From positions 264,962 through 328,961 of the forward strand of contig JBAZTA010000003.1 of assembly GCA_041662125.1 (NCBI GenBank): a stretch of 64,000 bases of DNA. The letters are read 5' to 3'. The notes beneath the pieces are model-generated. The model saw only the letters and a list, made by a program, of their open reading frames with translations. It did not search any database and was not told where the DNA came from. The DNA comes from Candidatus Omnitrophota bacterium. GTDB lineage: Bacteria > Omnitrophota > Gorgyraeia > Gygaellales > Profunditerraquicolaceae. Position numbers and translations under genes: made by a program. Positions 47,028-56,575 of this stretch are shown one piece after another (the stretch's first letter is position 1; each line of letters starts with the position of its first letter).

Positions 47028-48812
47028 TTATGTATTAACAGACGATTCGTGGGAGGCAACGATCATAGCTTCCCTGAACTCCCCACGATCCAAAAGCGGT
47101 TCAGAATCTTCTAACGCCCTGCCAAACTTCACTTGAGGCAATACCTTTTCATCAGTATGGATCTCAACATTACAAAAGGCCGGACAGTCTGTTTCAAGGG
47201 TATCGACTATTCCGGCGTTGAGATCCTTTTGAGCAGTGATCTGAGTTGTTTTATAACCATAAGCTTTCGCTACTTTAATAAAATCAGGAAATGCTAAGCC
47301 ACTTTCTACTGTAGAAGCAACATATCGGCTGGAAAACCATTGATCCTGCGTCTGTTTGATCATGCTGTACCCATGATTATTGATCAAGAATATCTTTATC
47401 GGTAGATCATGCCGTATAACAGTAGCAAGCTCCTGGATATTCATCTGTAAGCCCCCGTCACCGGTAACACATATTATACGTTTTTTCCCCAGTGCAAAAC
47501 AAGCCCCGATACTGGCCGGCAAAGCATACCCCATAGGAGTATTATTGAAAGCGCTGAAAAGCTTTTGTTTTTTCTTAAACTCAAAGCCTTGCGACATCCA
47601 CGCCACACTACAGCCGGTATCGAGAAATACAACATCACCTTCTTTAAGTTTTTCTGAGAGTCGTTTAACAAACACATAAGGATTAACTTTCTTTTCTTTC
47701 AACGCCTGCTGGCTGCACACCGGATATTTCTTCTTCCACAGGCCGATCTTTTTTACCCAGTCATGAATATCTTCCGGCACTGCCTGTTGAATTCTTTTAT
47801 GCATAGCCAAAAGGAATTCTTTGGCATCTTGATTGATCAAGAGTTCAACATCAAGGCCTAAAACTTTAAATTTCTTGAGTTCATGGATATCAACATCAAC
47901 AACGATCTTCTTGGCTTCCCGCGCGAATGTTGACAACGGAGAACCGGCTTCACGGGTATCCAGGCGTGCTCCGATAGAAAGGACCAGGTCAGCGTTTTGA
48001 ACAGCAAAGTTGCCATAGCGGCTCCCGTGTGTCCCAAAAGATCCGACTAAGAAAGGATGATGTTCAGGAAATAAATAACGCATAGCCCAGGTAGGAACAA
48101 CCGGGACCCTTACATCTTCGACAAAACGCAACGCTTCTTTTTCCGCGTTGGCAAGATAAACGCCCCACCCCAGAATTATAACAGGCCGTTCTGCTTTATG
48201 GAGCATACCGGCACAGGCATCGATCTGTTTTTGAAAAGCTGCAGTAGCAGTTCTTATTTTCGGAGGGATAAAAGATACTAAGCTATCCGGATCGATTTCC
48301 TGCCTTTGCAGGTTATCGGGAACATCGACCAAAACCGGCCCCGGCCTGCCGGACTTGGCAAGATATACGGCTTTTTCAAGTTCATAACGGATACGTTTAG
48401 CATCACGCACTTTAACCGCATATTTAGTGACCGGTTTAAAGATTTCAACCACATCAGTCTCCTGAAAGCCCAACTGCCGTATCCCTAAATTCCCTTTACA
48501 ACGAAAAGTCGCGACCTGGCCGGTTATAAAAAGCGTAGGAATAGAATCATAATACGAACAACAGACGCCCGTGAGCATATTCGTTGCTCCCGGCCCACTA
48601 GTCGAAATAGCGGCTCCCAAGTTCCCCGTAGCCCGGGAATATCCATCAGCAGCCATAGCGCACGCCTGTTCATGCTGCATGCATATATAGTCGATCCCTT
48701 TGGCCTTGGCAATTGAATCGATCAGATGAGCGGCAGCTCCGCCGGTTACGGCAAAAACATGCCTCATGCCCTGTTTCTTTAAAAAATATGCTATATAGTC
48801 AGACAGCTTCAT
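47028..48812 (-). CDS. Thiamin-diphosphate enzyme of the acetolactate-synthase-large-subunit family (YerE-like branched-sugar synthase candidate)
   Basis: 594 aa. N-terminal 'HVFAVTGGAAAHLIDSI...GPGATNMLTGV' Pyr domain. C-terminal ThDP motif 'GDGGLQMNIQELATV'. No ilvN/ilvC neighbours. Confidence 0.65.
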   Translation of the reverse strand: MKLSDYIAYFLKKQGMRHVFAVTGGAAAHLIDSIAKAKGIDYICMQHEQACAMAADGYSRATGNLGAAISTSGPGATNMLTGVCCSYYDSIPTLFITGQVATFRCKGNLGIRQLGFQETDVVEIFKPVTKYAVKVRDAKRIRYELEKAVYLAKSGRPGPVLVDVPDNLQRQEIDPDSLVSFIPPKIRTATAAFQKQIDACAGMLHKAERPVIILGWGVYLANAEKEALRFVEDVRVPVVPTWAMRYLFPEHHPFLVGSFGTHGSRYGNFAVQNADLVLSIGARLDTREAGSPLSTFAREAKKIVVDVDIHELKKFKVLGLDVELLINQDAKEFLLAMHKRIQQAVPEDIHDWVKKIGLWKKKYPVCSQQALKEKKVNPYVFVKRLSEKLKEGDVVFLDTGCSVAWMSQGFEFKKKQKLFSAFNNTPMGYALPASIGACFALGKKRIICVTGDGGLQMNIQELATVIRHDLPIKIFLINNHGYSMIKQTQDQWFSSRYVASTVESGLAFPDFIKVAKAYGYKTTQITAQKDLNAGIVDTLETDCPAFCNVEIHTDEKVLPQVKFGRALEDSEPLLDRGEFREAMIVASHESSVNT

Positions 48813-49510
48813 CGTTTAATTGCATTATTACGCATACCTGCTCCTAGCGCCCAAATATAATGACACATCGGGGCATAACCGGTATGCACAACTTCATCAT
48901 TCATGCCGAACATAAAAACATTTTTACAATATTTCTCAATAAGGTTCTTCAAAGCGCTCATACTTTTTAAATTTATATGTTGGACTTGGCTGCGGGGAGT
49001 TGCGTACGCAGAAGCAGTAATATTCGGTGTTCCCACGATCAATACGCCATCCGGATTCAAACATCGCACGAGGTTACGCATAAATGCTTTTTCTTTTCGA
49101 GGTTCAAGATGCTCGATCACATCGATCATAAATATGGCATCAACTTTTAAGCGTGGCGAATTTTTATTAAGATCCACGTGCACATACTCTACATTCTTTA
49201 AATGAGCGAGCCTCTGGCGATTGCCGTCTAAGAGGCGCATATCCCAATCAGCCGCGTAAACCTTTTTGACTGCCGCAGATATGATCGAGAGCCCAAAACC
49301 ATCTCCTGAGCCGATCTCCATGACCGTATCTTTACCTTCAAGCATCTTCGCGCAAAATTTATAGCGCGCAAGCACAAAACTCATATGTTTAGGGTCGTGC
49401 ACCAGGCTGTATGATGTCCAAGGCCCAAGCGTGATCTCAGGAGTGTTAAATTGATACTCAGTCCCTTCTGTATACGCCTGTTCTGCTGATTGTATTGATC
49501 TCTTCTTCAT
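48809..49510 (-). CDS. Class I SAM-dependent methyltransferase
   Basis: 233 aa. 'VMEIGSGDGFGLSIIS'. Confidence 0.7.
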   Translation of the reverse strand: MKKRSIQSAEQAYTEGTEYQFNTPEITLGPWTSYSLVHDPKHMSFVLARYKFCAKMLEGKDTVMEIGSGDGFGLSIISAAVKKVYAADWDMRLLDGNRQRLAHLKNVEYVHVDLNKNSPRLKVDAIFMIDVIEHLEPRKEKAFMRNLVRCLNPDGVLIVGTPNITASAYATPRSQVQHINLKSMSALKNLIEKYCKNVFMFGMNDEVVHTGYAPMCHYIWALGAGMRNNAIKR

Positions 49511-49540
49511 ATAAGCCCCTCTTTTGGTAAAGAAATACTC

Positions 49541-50359
49541 TTAAGAATTCTTAAACCGCCTTAACTTAAATTTATTTGGGTCACGCCGTAATTGTTGGAT
49601 CAACGTTTTCCCGCCATTCCTCCAGGCGTCATGCACTACAGAAATATTGCGCCCGCCCATCACAGCCCTGCCTTGTTTTATGCACCAATTAATACACTCG
49701 AAAATATCATCATGAGAAGTCCCCGGGTCAGCCGAACTTAAGAAGTTAATTGTCCGCCCGTAACTTTTACCTGCAGCCTTAGGGTTCTTTAACGTCTGAT
49801 TCAATATCTTAGTCCTGACCCATCCCGGGCCCACAATAAAAACATTTAAACCGGTGTTTTCGTCATCTAAAAGTTCACAGGCTTTCATTAAGAATATCTT
49901 GGAAGCGCAATAGGCGGAATAATGCGTCATCGCACTATTGGTGCCGCCTCCGGTGAAAAAAACAACATGAGCAGTTGCCCTTTTTTTACGGTACTGGTAG
50001 ATACTGTGCAAAAAACGCAGCTGTCCCAGGCAATTGACAGTAACTGATTTCTCCCAGGCATCAAAATCAGTTTTAAAGAAATCGCCAACCGGCTCAAGCG
50101 TGCCGGCACATGATATAAAAATATCCCACCCCTTTTGTAAACGCCCATAAGCGGCAGCGGCCATTTTTATATCCGCCTGAGAAGATATGTCGCATCGAAA
50201 AAGTTTTAAGTTTTTGCCCATGGACAAATCTGCGACAGAAGATTTCCTGCGGTATGTGCCAGCGACATAAAAATTCTCATGCGCCAGATAGCGCTTCGCT
50301 AATTCTTTGCCGATATCGCTTCCAACGCCAAGAATGAAAATATTTTTTTTCTCCATCAA
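49541..50359 (-). CDS. Short-chain dehydrogenase/reductase (classical SDR)
   Basis: 272 aa. 'IFILGVGSDIGKELAKRY' TGxxxGxG-like. 'YCASK' YxxxK. Confidence 0.65.
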   Translation of the reverse strand: MMEKKNIFILGVGSDIGKELAKRYLAHENFYVAGTYRRKSSVADLSMGKNLKLFRCDISSQADIKMAAAAYGRLQKGWDIFISCAGTLEPVGDFFKTDFDAWEKSVTVNCLGQLRFLHSIYQYRKKRATAHVVFFTGGGTNSAMTHYSAYCASKIFLMKACELLDDENTGLNVFIVGPGWVRTKILNQTLKNPKAAGKSYGRTINFLSSADPGTSHDDIFECINWCIKQGRAVMGGRNISVVHDAWRNGGKTLIQQLRRDPNKFKLRRFKNS

Positions 50360-50380
50360 AAACGGTTTTTAGTTTAACTG

Positions 50381-51379
50381 CTATGGTTTATGGATATACT
50401 CTAACGGCTCTTTTATAATATCATTCCAGCTGCCCGTTACCCAATTTACGACTTCTTCGAGGCCATCGTTTAAGGCGATAGTTGGCCTCCAGCCAAGCTC
50501 TTTCCTGGCCTTACTCGAATCAATAACATAGGCGGCATCCTGGCCAAGGCGCTCCTCAACAGATTTTGCCGCTTTTTCAAACGGAACCTTTAATTTTTCA
50601 CACATAGTCTTAACCACATCGCTAACCGCCACCCCTTCATCAGGTGAAAGATGATAGATTTCGCCGGTTTTTCCTTTTTCCATAGCCAAAAGCTCTCCGC
50701 GCGATATATCGCGGATATGGATATATGATTTAACGGCTTTACCGCCGCCATGCAATTCTATCAGCCTGCCTGATTTTATATAAATAGCGGAACGCGGGAT
50801 AATTTTAAATAACTGCTGATGCGCCCCGTAAACGTTGGTGGACCGGATCATGACCAGTGGAAACTTAAAATTCTTTACAAAAGTAAATAATGAAAGGTCA
50901 CCCGCTGCTTTTGAGGCGGCATATGGGGTACTCGGGTTAAGGGGTGCATCTTCCTTAATTGTCCCGCTGCAGGTCCCGTAAACTTCCGGAGAAGAGATAT
51001 GGACATACTTCTTAAGGAAGGAACAGTTTTTAAGGAAATCAGCCAACTCAGTGATAGCAACAGCATTGGTTTGAAACCATTGACCTGGATTTTTCCAGCT
51101 GGGAGCAACTTCACTTTGAGCTGCGAAATTAACCACATACTCAGGCTCAAAATCCGCTAGAGTCTTACGCACGCCGGCCATATCTTTATTGAGATCAAGC
51201 TGCATAAATCTAAAGTCAGGCTGCGCATGCCTTTTATACGCCAGGAACAACGCGCTTTTCTCAGGGGAACGGCTGATACCGACGACCGAATATTGTTTTT
51301 TTTCCAATAACAAGTCGACAAAATCGCTTCCTGAGAATGAATTACTGCCTATCACGACTACTTTAACTTTATTCGCCAT
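50381..51379 (-). CDS. NDP-sugar 4,6-dehydratase-like extended SDR (RmlB/GMD family)
   Basis: 332 aa. 'VVVIGSNSFSGSDFVDLLL'. 'ISSPEVYG'. 'YAASKAAGDL'. 'STNVYGAHQ' parallels the RmlB 'SNNYGPYQ'. Confidence 0.6.
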   Translation of the reverse strand: MANKVKVVVIGSNSFSGSDFVDLLLEKKQYSVVGISRSPEKSALFLAYKRHAQPDFRFMQLDLNKDMAGVRKTLADFEPEYVVNFAAQSEVAPSWKNPGQWFQTNAVAITELADFLKNCSFLKKYVHISSPEVYGTCSGTIKEDAPLNPSTPYAASKAAGDLSLFTFVKNFKFPLVMIRSTNVYGAHQQLFKIIPRSAIYIKSGRLIELHGGGKAVKSYIHIRDISRGELLAMEKGKTGEIYHLSPDEGVAVSDVVKTMCEKLKVPFEKAAKSVEERLGQDAAYVIDSSKARKELGWRPTIALNDGLEEVVNWVTGSWNDIIKEPLEYIHKP

Positions 51380-51390
51380 GCTCTCTCCTC

Positions 51391-52455
51391 TTAAAAAGGG
51401 CCGGTAAAATTCTTATCCGGCACATCAAGGGGCGTTTCAGGATCAATACCCAGCGCTGATTCTGTCAGTTGAGACTTATTCAAAAGGCAGCGCACTTCAT
51501 TAACGATATCGATGGTCCGCGGATAATAATGGTTAGCCAATGCCCAGCTCGTTGGCGTAGGCACGTCAGGAAAAGCCAGGCGGCGCGGCGCTGCCTTAAG
51601 AGCAGCAAAACTCTTTTCTGACGCCAAAGCAATAATCTCAGCAGAAACGCCAAAACTTTTCCATGCCCCATCTACGACCAATAACCGTCCGGTCTTCTCC
51701 AGAGAGGCCGCTATCGCCTCTTCGTCAAGCGGCTTTATGGTCCGCAGATCAACTATTTCGATATCAATGCCATCTTCAGAGAGTAAACGAGCGGCTTTCA
51801 TCACTTCTAACGTCGTGTAGGATGAAGTCACCACCGTCACATCGCGGCCTATCTTCATAATACGCGCTTTTCCGATAGGAACCGTAAACATCTCTTTCGG
51901 GACATCGCCGAATGTTCCATGGAGCCAACGATGTTCAATATAGATTACCGGATTATCATCCTGGATAGCTGATATTAACAATCCTTTAGCATCCGAAGGA
52001 GTCGTGGGCATAACTACTTTAAGCCCGGGGATGTGCGCAAAAAGCGCTTGCAAGCTTTGAGAATGCTGCGGCCCCTGGCCCCATCCTCTGCCGACAAGCA
52101 GGCGTATCACTAAAGGCACGCTCATTTTTGAACCAAACATGTAATGCCATTTCGCGGCATTATTGATTATCTGGTCCAAAGATAAAAGCATAAAATCGAT
52201 CCGCTGGTGCGTCATGATCGGACGCATACCAACCAACGCAGAACCGATAGCTATACCAGTCATTGCGTTTTCTGCTACCGGCATATCTAAGACGCGCACT
52301 CGGCCAAACTTTTCCTGCAGGCCTAAGGTCGTCCCAAAAACACCTTTAGGGTCGGGAACACCTAATCCAATAATATAAACAGACGCATCAGACTCCATAC
52401 ATTGCGTAGTTGCTTCAAGCACTGCATTCGCGTATGTTATTTCTCTCGCCATCAA
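51391..52455 (-). CDS. Thiamin-diphosphate-dependent E1 beta-subunit-like protein (second copy)
   Basis: 354 aa. 'VYIIGLGVPDPKGVFGTTLGLQEKFG..RVLDMPVAENAMTGIAIG' is a typical E1-beta N-terminus. Confidence 0.7.
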   Translation of the reverse strand: MMAREITYANAVLEATTQCMESDASVYIIGLGVPDPKGVFGTTLGLQEKFGRVRVLDMPVAENAMTGIAIGSALVGMRPIMTHQRIDFMLLSLDQIINNAAKWHYMFGSKMSVPLVIRLLVGRGWGQGPQHSQSLQALFAHIPGLKVVMPTTPSDAKGLLISAIQDDNPVIYIEHRWLHGTFGDVPKEMFTVPIGKARIMKIGRDVTVVTSSYTTLEVMKAARLLSEDGIDIEIVDLRTIKPLDEEAIAASLEKTGRLLVVDGAWKSFGVSAEIIALASEKSFAALKAAPRRLAFPDVPTPTSWALANHYYPRTIDIVNEVRCLLNKSQLTESALGIDPETPLDVPDKNFTGPF

Positions 52456-52470
52456 ATATATTCCTCTTGG

Positions 52471-53436
52471 TTACGCATAAACACCGGTAAAAGCTTCACC
52501 CGGCTTCGGGAACGGGCTTTTTTGGGCAAAGCTAACGGCTTCATTGATCTCTAATTGGATACCAGTTTTATATTCATTAATGATCTTAGCAGTGATACTC
52601 CCCTTATGAAGCAACTTTCTCTGGTAGGTTTCCAGCGGACAACGCTTACACCAGCGGGAAAATTCAATTTCTGTCCGATAACCCAGTTCATTATCAAAGT
52701 TTGGGCCACAATGTTCCCTGAAACGATAGGTATCAAACTGCAAATAATACGGGCCCCTGAGGCTACGCGCGTACATAACAGCTTTTTTTGCAGCTTTAAA
52801 AACATATTCGACATCATTGCCGTCACCTTCTTCACCCTCAACACCAAAACCACGCGCAATCGAAAGATTATTACGTTTTTTAGGCTGACGCACGGAAAGC
52901 GGAGAATATACCGAAAAATAGTTATTTTCACAGACAAAGATCACAGGAAGTTTCTTAAGCGCGGCAAAATTCAAGCTTTCCGCGAACACCCCTTCTTCAG
53001 TAGCAGCATCGCCGAAAAATGCAACGCTGATAGAATGCTCTTTTTTCATCTGTATCCCAAAAGCGACACCCGCGGCAACAGGAATAATACCTGCGACAAT
53101 AGGAGTAGACCCCAGTATTCCGGCATCAAGATCAACCAAATGCATGGAACCGCCCTTGCCGCCTGAACACCCATTCTCTTTACCGTAAATCTCAGAGAAC
53201 ATAGCCTTAAGGCTTCCTCCCTTAGCAAGGTAATGGCCATGAGAACGATGATTGCTTAACACATAATCTTTTTTCAACAGATTCGCGCAGAGGCCAGCGG
53301 CAACTGCTTCCTGGCCGATACACAGATGCACCGGGCAGCGCATCTGCCACTGAGTATACACTCTGGCAATTGCCTCTTCAACCATGCGGATACGCAGCAT
53401 TTGGTAATACAAAGAAAGGGCGCTATCTTTTCTCAT
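52471..53436 (-). CDS. Thiamin-diphosphate-dependent E1 alpha-subunit-like protein (second copy)
   Basis: 321 aa. 'GQEAVAAGL'. ThDP motif 'FFGDAATEEGVFAESLN...CENNYFS'. Confidence 0.7.
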   Translation of the reverse strand: MRKDSALSLYYQMLRIRMVEEAIARVYTQWQMRCPVHLCIGQEAVAAGLCANLLKKDYVLSNHRSHGHYLAKGGSLKAMFSEIYGKENGCSGGKGGSMHLVDLDAGILGSTPIVAGIIPVAAGVAFGIQMKKEHSISVAFFGDAATEEGVFAESLNFAALKKLPVIFVCENNYFSVYSPLSVRQPKKRNNLSIARGFGVEGEEGDGNDVEYVFKAAKKAVMYARSLRGPYYLQFDTYRFREHCGPNFDNELGYRTEIEFSRWCKRCPLETYQRKLLHKGSITAKIINEYKTGIQLEINEAVSFAQKSPFPKPGEAFTGVYA

Positions 53437-53446
53437 GAGTGATTAA

Positions 53447-54454
53447 TTATTTTAGTTTTATTGCCTGCATCGTCTTGATATTATAGTATCGCTTATCAAC
53501 GAGGGGATTCGGTATTTTTCCTGCCTTAAAGGCACTGCAGAGATCTTCTACTGCTTCCTGGACTGATCTTTTAGCAACAAACCCAAGCTCTTTTTTTATC
53601 TTTTCAGAGGATACATGGTAGGAACGGTTATCGTCGCTCGGGGTGACCTCGATCTTTAAATCTTTTTTCCCAAGCGTTTTTGATACTACCCGATAGACGA
53701 CATCGGCGATCTCTTTCATCTTCATATTATGGTATCCGGCATTAAATATCTTTCCGTTAATCTGCTCGTCACTATACTCAAGAGTTAAAACATAGAGGTC
53801 AGTCATATCTTCAATATGAATATTAGGCCGCTTCTGTTCTCCTCCATAAACCGGAATATTGCCAAGATTTACTGCTTTATTGGTAAGGATATTGACAGAC
53901 AGGTCAAGGCGCAGCCGCGGCGAATATCCGCAGACCGTTGCCGGGCGCAGGATCAATACCACAAAACCTTTTGTTCGCTCTTTTAAAAGGTAATCTTCAC
54001 AGAGAGCTTTATATTTCGAATAATCAGTCAAAGGCTGGAGCGGCAAGTCCTCAGTGACATTATCTTCTTCTTTGATCCCGTAAACGCTGGAACTTGAAGC
54101 ATAAATAAATCGTTTGACCCCTGCTTTTTTAGAAAGATCCACAAGCGTAACAAAAGCGTCATAATTGATCGATTTGCCGAGCGCCGGGTCTAATTCATAA
54201 CTGGGGTCATTGGAAATACAGGCAAGATGGATCACCGCGTCAATATTTACGAGTTCCCGCTTTAATAGATCTTTATCCCGGATATCTCCTTTAACCTGTT
54301 TGAGCTGCGGATGTCCCTTTACCGAGTCCAAAACATCATCCCCGTAAATATACAGGTCAAGGACACTGACGGAATATCCTTTTTTAAGCAGTTTCGGCAC
54401 TAATACGGCACCCACATAACCGGCTCCTCCGGTAACTAAAATATTCTTAAGCAT
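53447..54454 (-). CDS. NAD-dependent epimerase/dehydratase-family protein
   Basis: 335 aa. 'ILVTGGAGYVGAVLVPKLL'. 'YSKYKALCE'. Paralog of 37170..38222. Confidence 0.7.
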   Translation of the reverse strand: MLKNILVTGGAGYVGAVLVPKLLKKGYSVSVLDLYIYGDDVLDSVKGHPQLKQVKGDIRDKDLLKRELVNIDAVIHLACISNDPSYELDPALGKSINYDAFVTLVDLSKKAGVKRFIYASSSSVYGIKEEDNVTEDLPLQPLTDYSKYKALCEDYLLKERTKGFVVLILRPATVCGYSPRLRLDLSVNILTNKAVNLGNIPVYGGEQKRPNIHIEDMTDLYVLTLEYSDEQINGKIFNAGYHNMKMKEIADVVYRVVSKTLGKKDLKIEVTPSDDNRSYHVSSEKIKKELGFVAKRSVQEAVEDLCSAFKAGKIPNPLVDKRYYNIKTMQAIKLK

Positions 54455-54460
54455 TGGCTT

Positions 54461-55039
54461 TTACTCCTTCTTAGTATCGGCAATACTATCCAGCACATAA
54501 TGTAATAGAGAATGATGCATGATCTCTACATGGCTATATGCCTTTGCAGGCACATAAAAATTCAGGTCACCTGATGCGCGCAGCGGGTTCTCAGGAAGGA
54601 ATCCCGAAAAACTCACTACCAAGACTCCTTTCCTTCTGGCCGCTCTCACCGCAGCTAAAATATTGGGAGATTTCCCTGAGCTGCTGATCGCAACCAGGAT
54701 ATCGCCCTTATCCGCGAAAAGCTCAAGCGGTTTTTCAAACACATGGTCATAACCAAAATCGTTTGAGATACAGGTCAAAAGCGACGAATCATTAAAAGCT
54801 ATACCGCGGATACCCGCGTGCTTGGAAAAATCAACCGCCATGTGGCTGGAAATAGCCGCGCTGGCTCCGTTACCGATAAAGATAAGTTTTTTATTCCTGA
54901 GAGCGCAAGCCATAAACAAATCGGCAATTTTCTCAAAGCCTTTTTGCGTAGTAATTACCTTGCCGGTTTTATCCGTAATTATAATATTGTGCGTCAGCCC
55001 CCGTAAAACTTCATAGTAAGACTCGATTTTCTTATGCAT
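54461..55039 (-). CDS. gmhA: Sedoheptulose-7-phosphate isomerase (SIS domain, GmhA)
   Basis: 192 aa. 'LIFIGNGASAAISSHMAVDF' SIS phosphosugar-binding motif. 'SSSGKSPN'. Confidence 0.8.
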   Translation of the reverse strand: MHKKIESYYEVLRGLTHNIIITDKTGKVITTQKGFEKIADLFMACALRNKKLIFIGNGASAAISSHMAVDFSKHAGIRGIAFNDSSLLTCISNDFGYDHVFEKPLELFADKGDILVAISSSGKSPNILAAVRAARRKGVLVVSFSGFLPENPLRASGDLNFYVPAKAYSHVEIMHHSLLHYVLDSIADTKKE

Positions 55040-55044
55040 ATGAT

Positions 55045-56571
55045 TTATTTTAGTATAGTGGTAATAAATTTCTTAAGATCGATCGGGTCAACCGGGTCAC
55101 GGTTACAAATGATCTGCACCGCCAGCGCCCCGACCGCGTTCCCGATAAAAACGACTAAATCCTGAGGCACCCCCAATGCTACTAACGGCGCGGTAAAAGC
55201 AAAAAAAGCATCTCCCGCTCCGATCGGATCAACGACACTGGTAGCCAAAGCAGGAGCATTTAAAAACTCCTTTTTGTTATTAATGCTCAAAGCCCCAAAA
55301 CTTCCTCTGGTAATGATCAAATTATCACAATGGATCTTACGGGAGACCTTTTTCATGATTCCACCCAGCTCACCAGCCTTATCGTGGGCAGCATAGCGGA
55401 TCTCCAGTTCATCCAATGCCGCGTAATCAACATTAGAATAGCGGGTAATAAAATTAAAGCCCATATTCGCGCCGTTAGTCTGAGTATTCACCGCCAGAAA
55501 CTTTGCCTTTTTGCAGATGGACCGCGCCAGGTTATCAGACAAGAAGCCGTGCCCGAAATCAGAAACAACGACTAAATCATAATCCGAGACCATATGTTTT
55601 AATTTCGCCTGTATCTTCTTTTCCACGTCGTTGGGAAGCGGGGAATCATTCAAATAGCATATTTCAAAAAGTTTTTGGTTAGCGTTCACGAAACGGCGTT
55701 TTACGATCGTCTTACTATCAGGCCTTTCGAAATTAACCAGTTTAACGTTGGCCTTCATTTTCTCGCTCAAAAACCCGGCAAACGCTTTATTGTCGTTGCC
55801 TGAGAGCGTAACCAGCGTCACATCTTTTGCCAATCCCGCGATATGATTGGAAACAGCAAGAGATCCTCCGGCGAACGATTCTTCAGAGGCATACTTATAA
55901 ACAACGACATTGCTCTTGCGCGACTTATCAAGAGCTTCACAATAATGGTATTGATCAATAATAGCTTCCCCGATGACCAGGACTTTGAGTTTCTTGATCT
56001 TTTCCAGCGTTTCAAATATATAATCAAGTGGATACTGAGCTGCTATCCCTTTTAAATAAGCCCTGGTTTCTTCAGGAAAAACCTGCATATGCTCATTGAT
56101 CAATTTTGAAGAGCTAAAGGTTATATCATGGGTAAAAGCGATCCTGCCTCCGACAGAAACAATCGCTTCCTCTTCTTCTGAGATCTTGCCGGTAACATCT
56201 TTGCTCTTATTAACATAATCCTGGCCTTTCACATAGACATGGGGTTTAAGCATTTTTATGCATTCTGTGGCTGTGGGAGCAGGATTAATAGCGACATAAT
56301 CAACCGTACTAAACGCTGCCAAGGTCTCAGCGCGCAGGTTCTCATTAAAGATAGGCCTTCCCGGGCCTTTTCTGACAAACGGGTCAGAGGTTACGGTAAC
56401 GATCAAAACATCGCCTTCTTTTTTCGCGGAAGCAAGGTGACGGATATGGCCCGGATGGATCAGGTCAAAAACACCGTGGCAATGGACAACCGTCTTATTT
56501 TGTTTCTTTAAACCGGCGATAATGGTTTTGAGTTCCTGCAATTTCTTGATCTTCTTGTATATCTTTTCCAT
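55045..56571 (-). CDS. Bifunctional heptose-1-phosphate nucleotidyltransferase / heptose-7-phosphate kinase (HldE-like, inverted domain order)
   Basis: 508 aa. N-terminal cytidylyltransferase-like 'HCHGVFDLIHPGHIRHL' (RfaE domain-II type). C-terminal PfkB carbohydrate-kinase motif 'DPIGAGDAFFA'. Confidence 0.7.
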   Translation of the reverse strand: MEKIYKKIKKLQELKTIIAGLKKQNKTVVHCHGVFDLIHPGHIRHLASAKKEGDVLIVTVTSDPFVRKGPGRPIFNENLRAETLAAFSTVDYVAINPAPTATECIKMLKPHVYVKGQDYVNKSKDVTGKISEEEEAIVSVGGRIAFTHDITFSSSKLINEHMQVFPEETRAYLKGIAAQYPLDYIFETLEKIKKLKVLVIGEAIIDQYHYCEALDKSRKSNVVVYKYASEESFAGGSLAVSNHIAGLAKDVTLVTLSGNDNKAFAGFLSEKMKANVKLVNFERPDSKTIVKRRFVNANQKLFEICYLNDSPLPNDVEKKIQAKLKHMVSDYDLVVVSDFGHGFLSDNLARSICKKAKFLAVNTQTNGANMGFNFITRYSNVDYAALDELEIRYAAHDKAGELGGIMKKVSRKIHCDNLIITRGSFGALSINNKKEFLNAPALATSVVDPIGAGDAFFAFTAPLVALGVPQDLVVFIGNAVGALAVQIICNRDPVDPIDLKKFITTILK

Positions 56572-56575
56572 AACC

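Noticed and set aside
47028-48812. ALS-family protein interpreted as a genuine acetolactate synthase (ilvB/ilvG)
   Set aside because: No ilvN small subunit, ilvC or ilvD is nearby. It is flanked by methyltransferases and sugar dehydrogenases inside a glycan operon, so a YerE-like role is more parsimonious. This cannot be excluded without phylogeny.
55045-56571. 508-aa protein interpreted as a plain ribokinase/PfkB sugar kinase
   Set aside because: The N-terminal 150 residues carry a cytidylyltransferase-like HxGH motif ('HCHGVFDLIHPGHIRHL') typical of RfaE domain II, and the gene abuts gmhA, so an HldE-like bifunctional assignment fits better.
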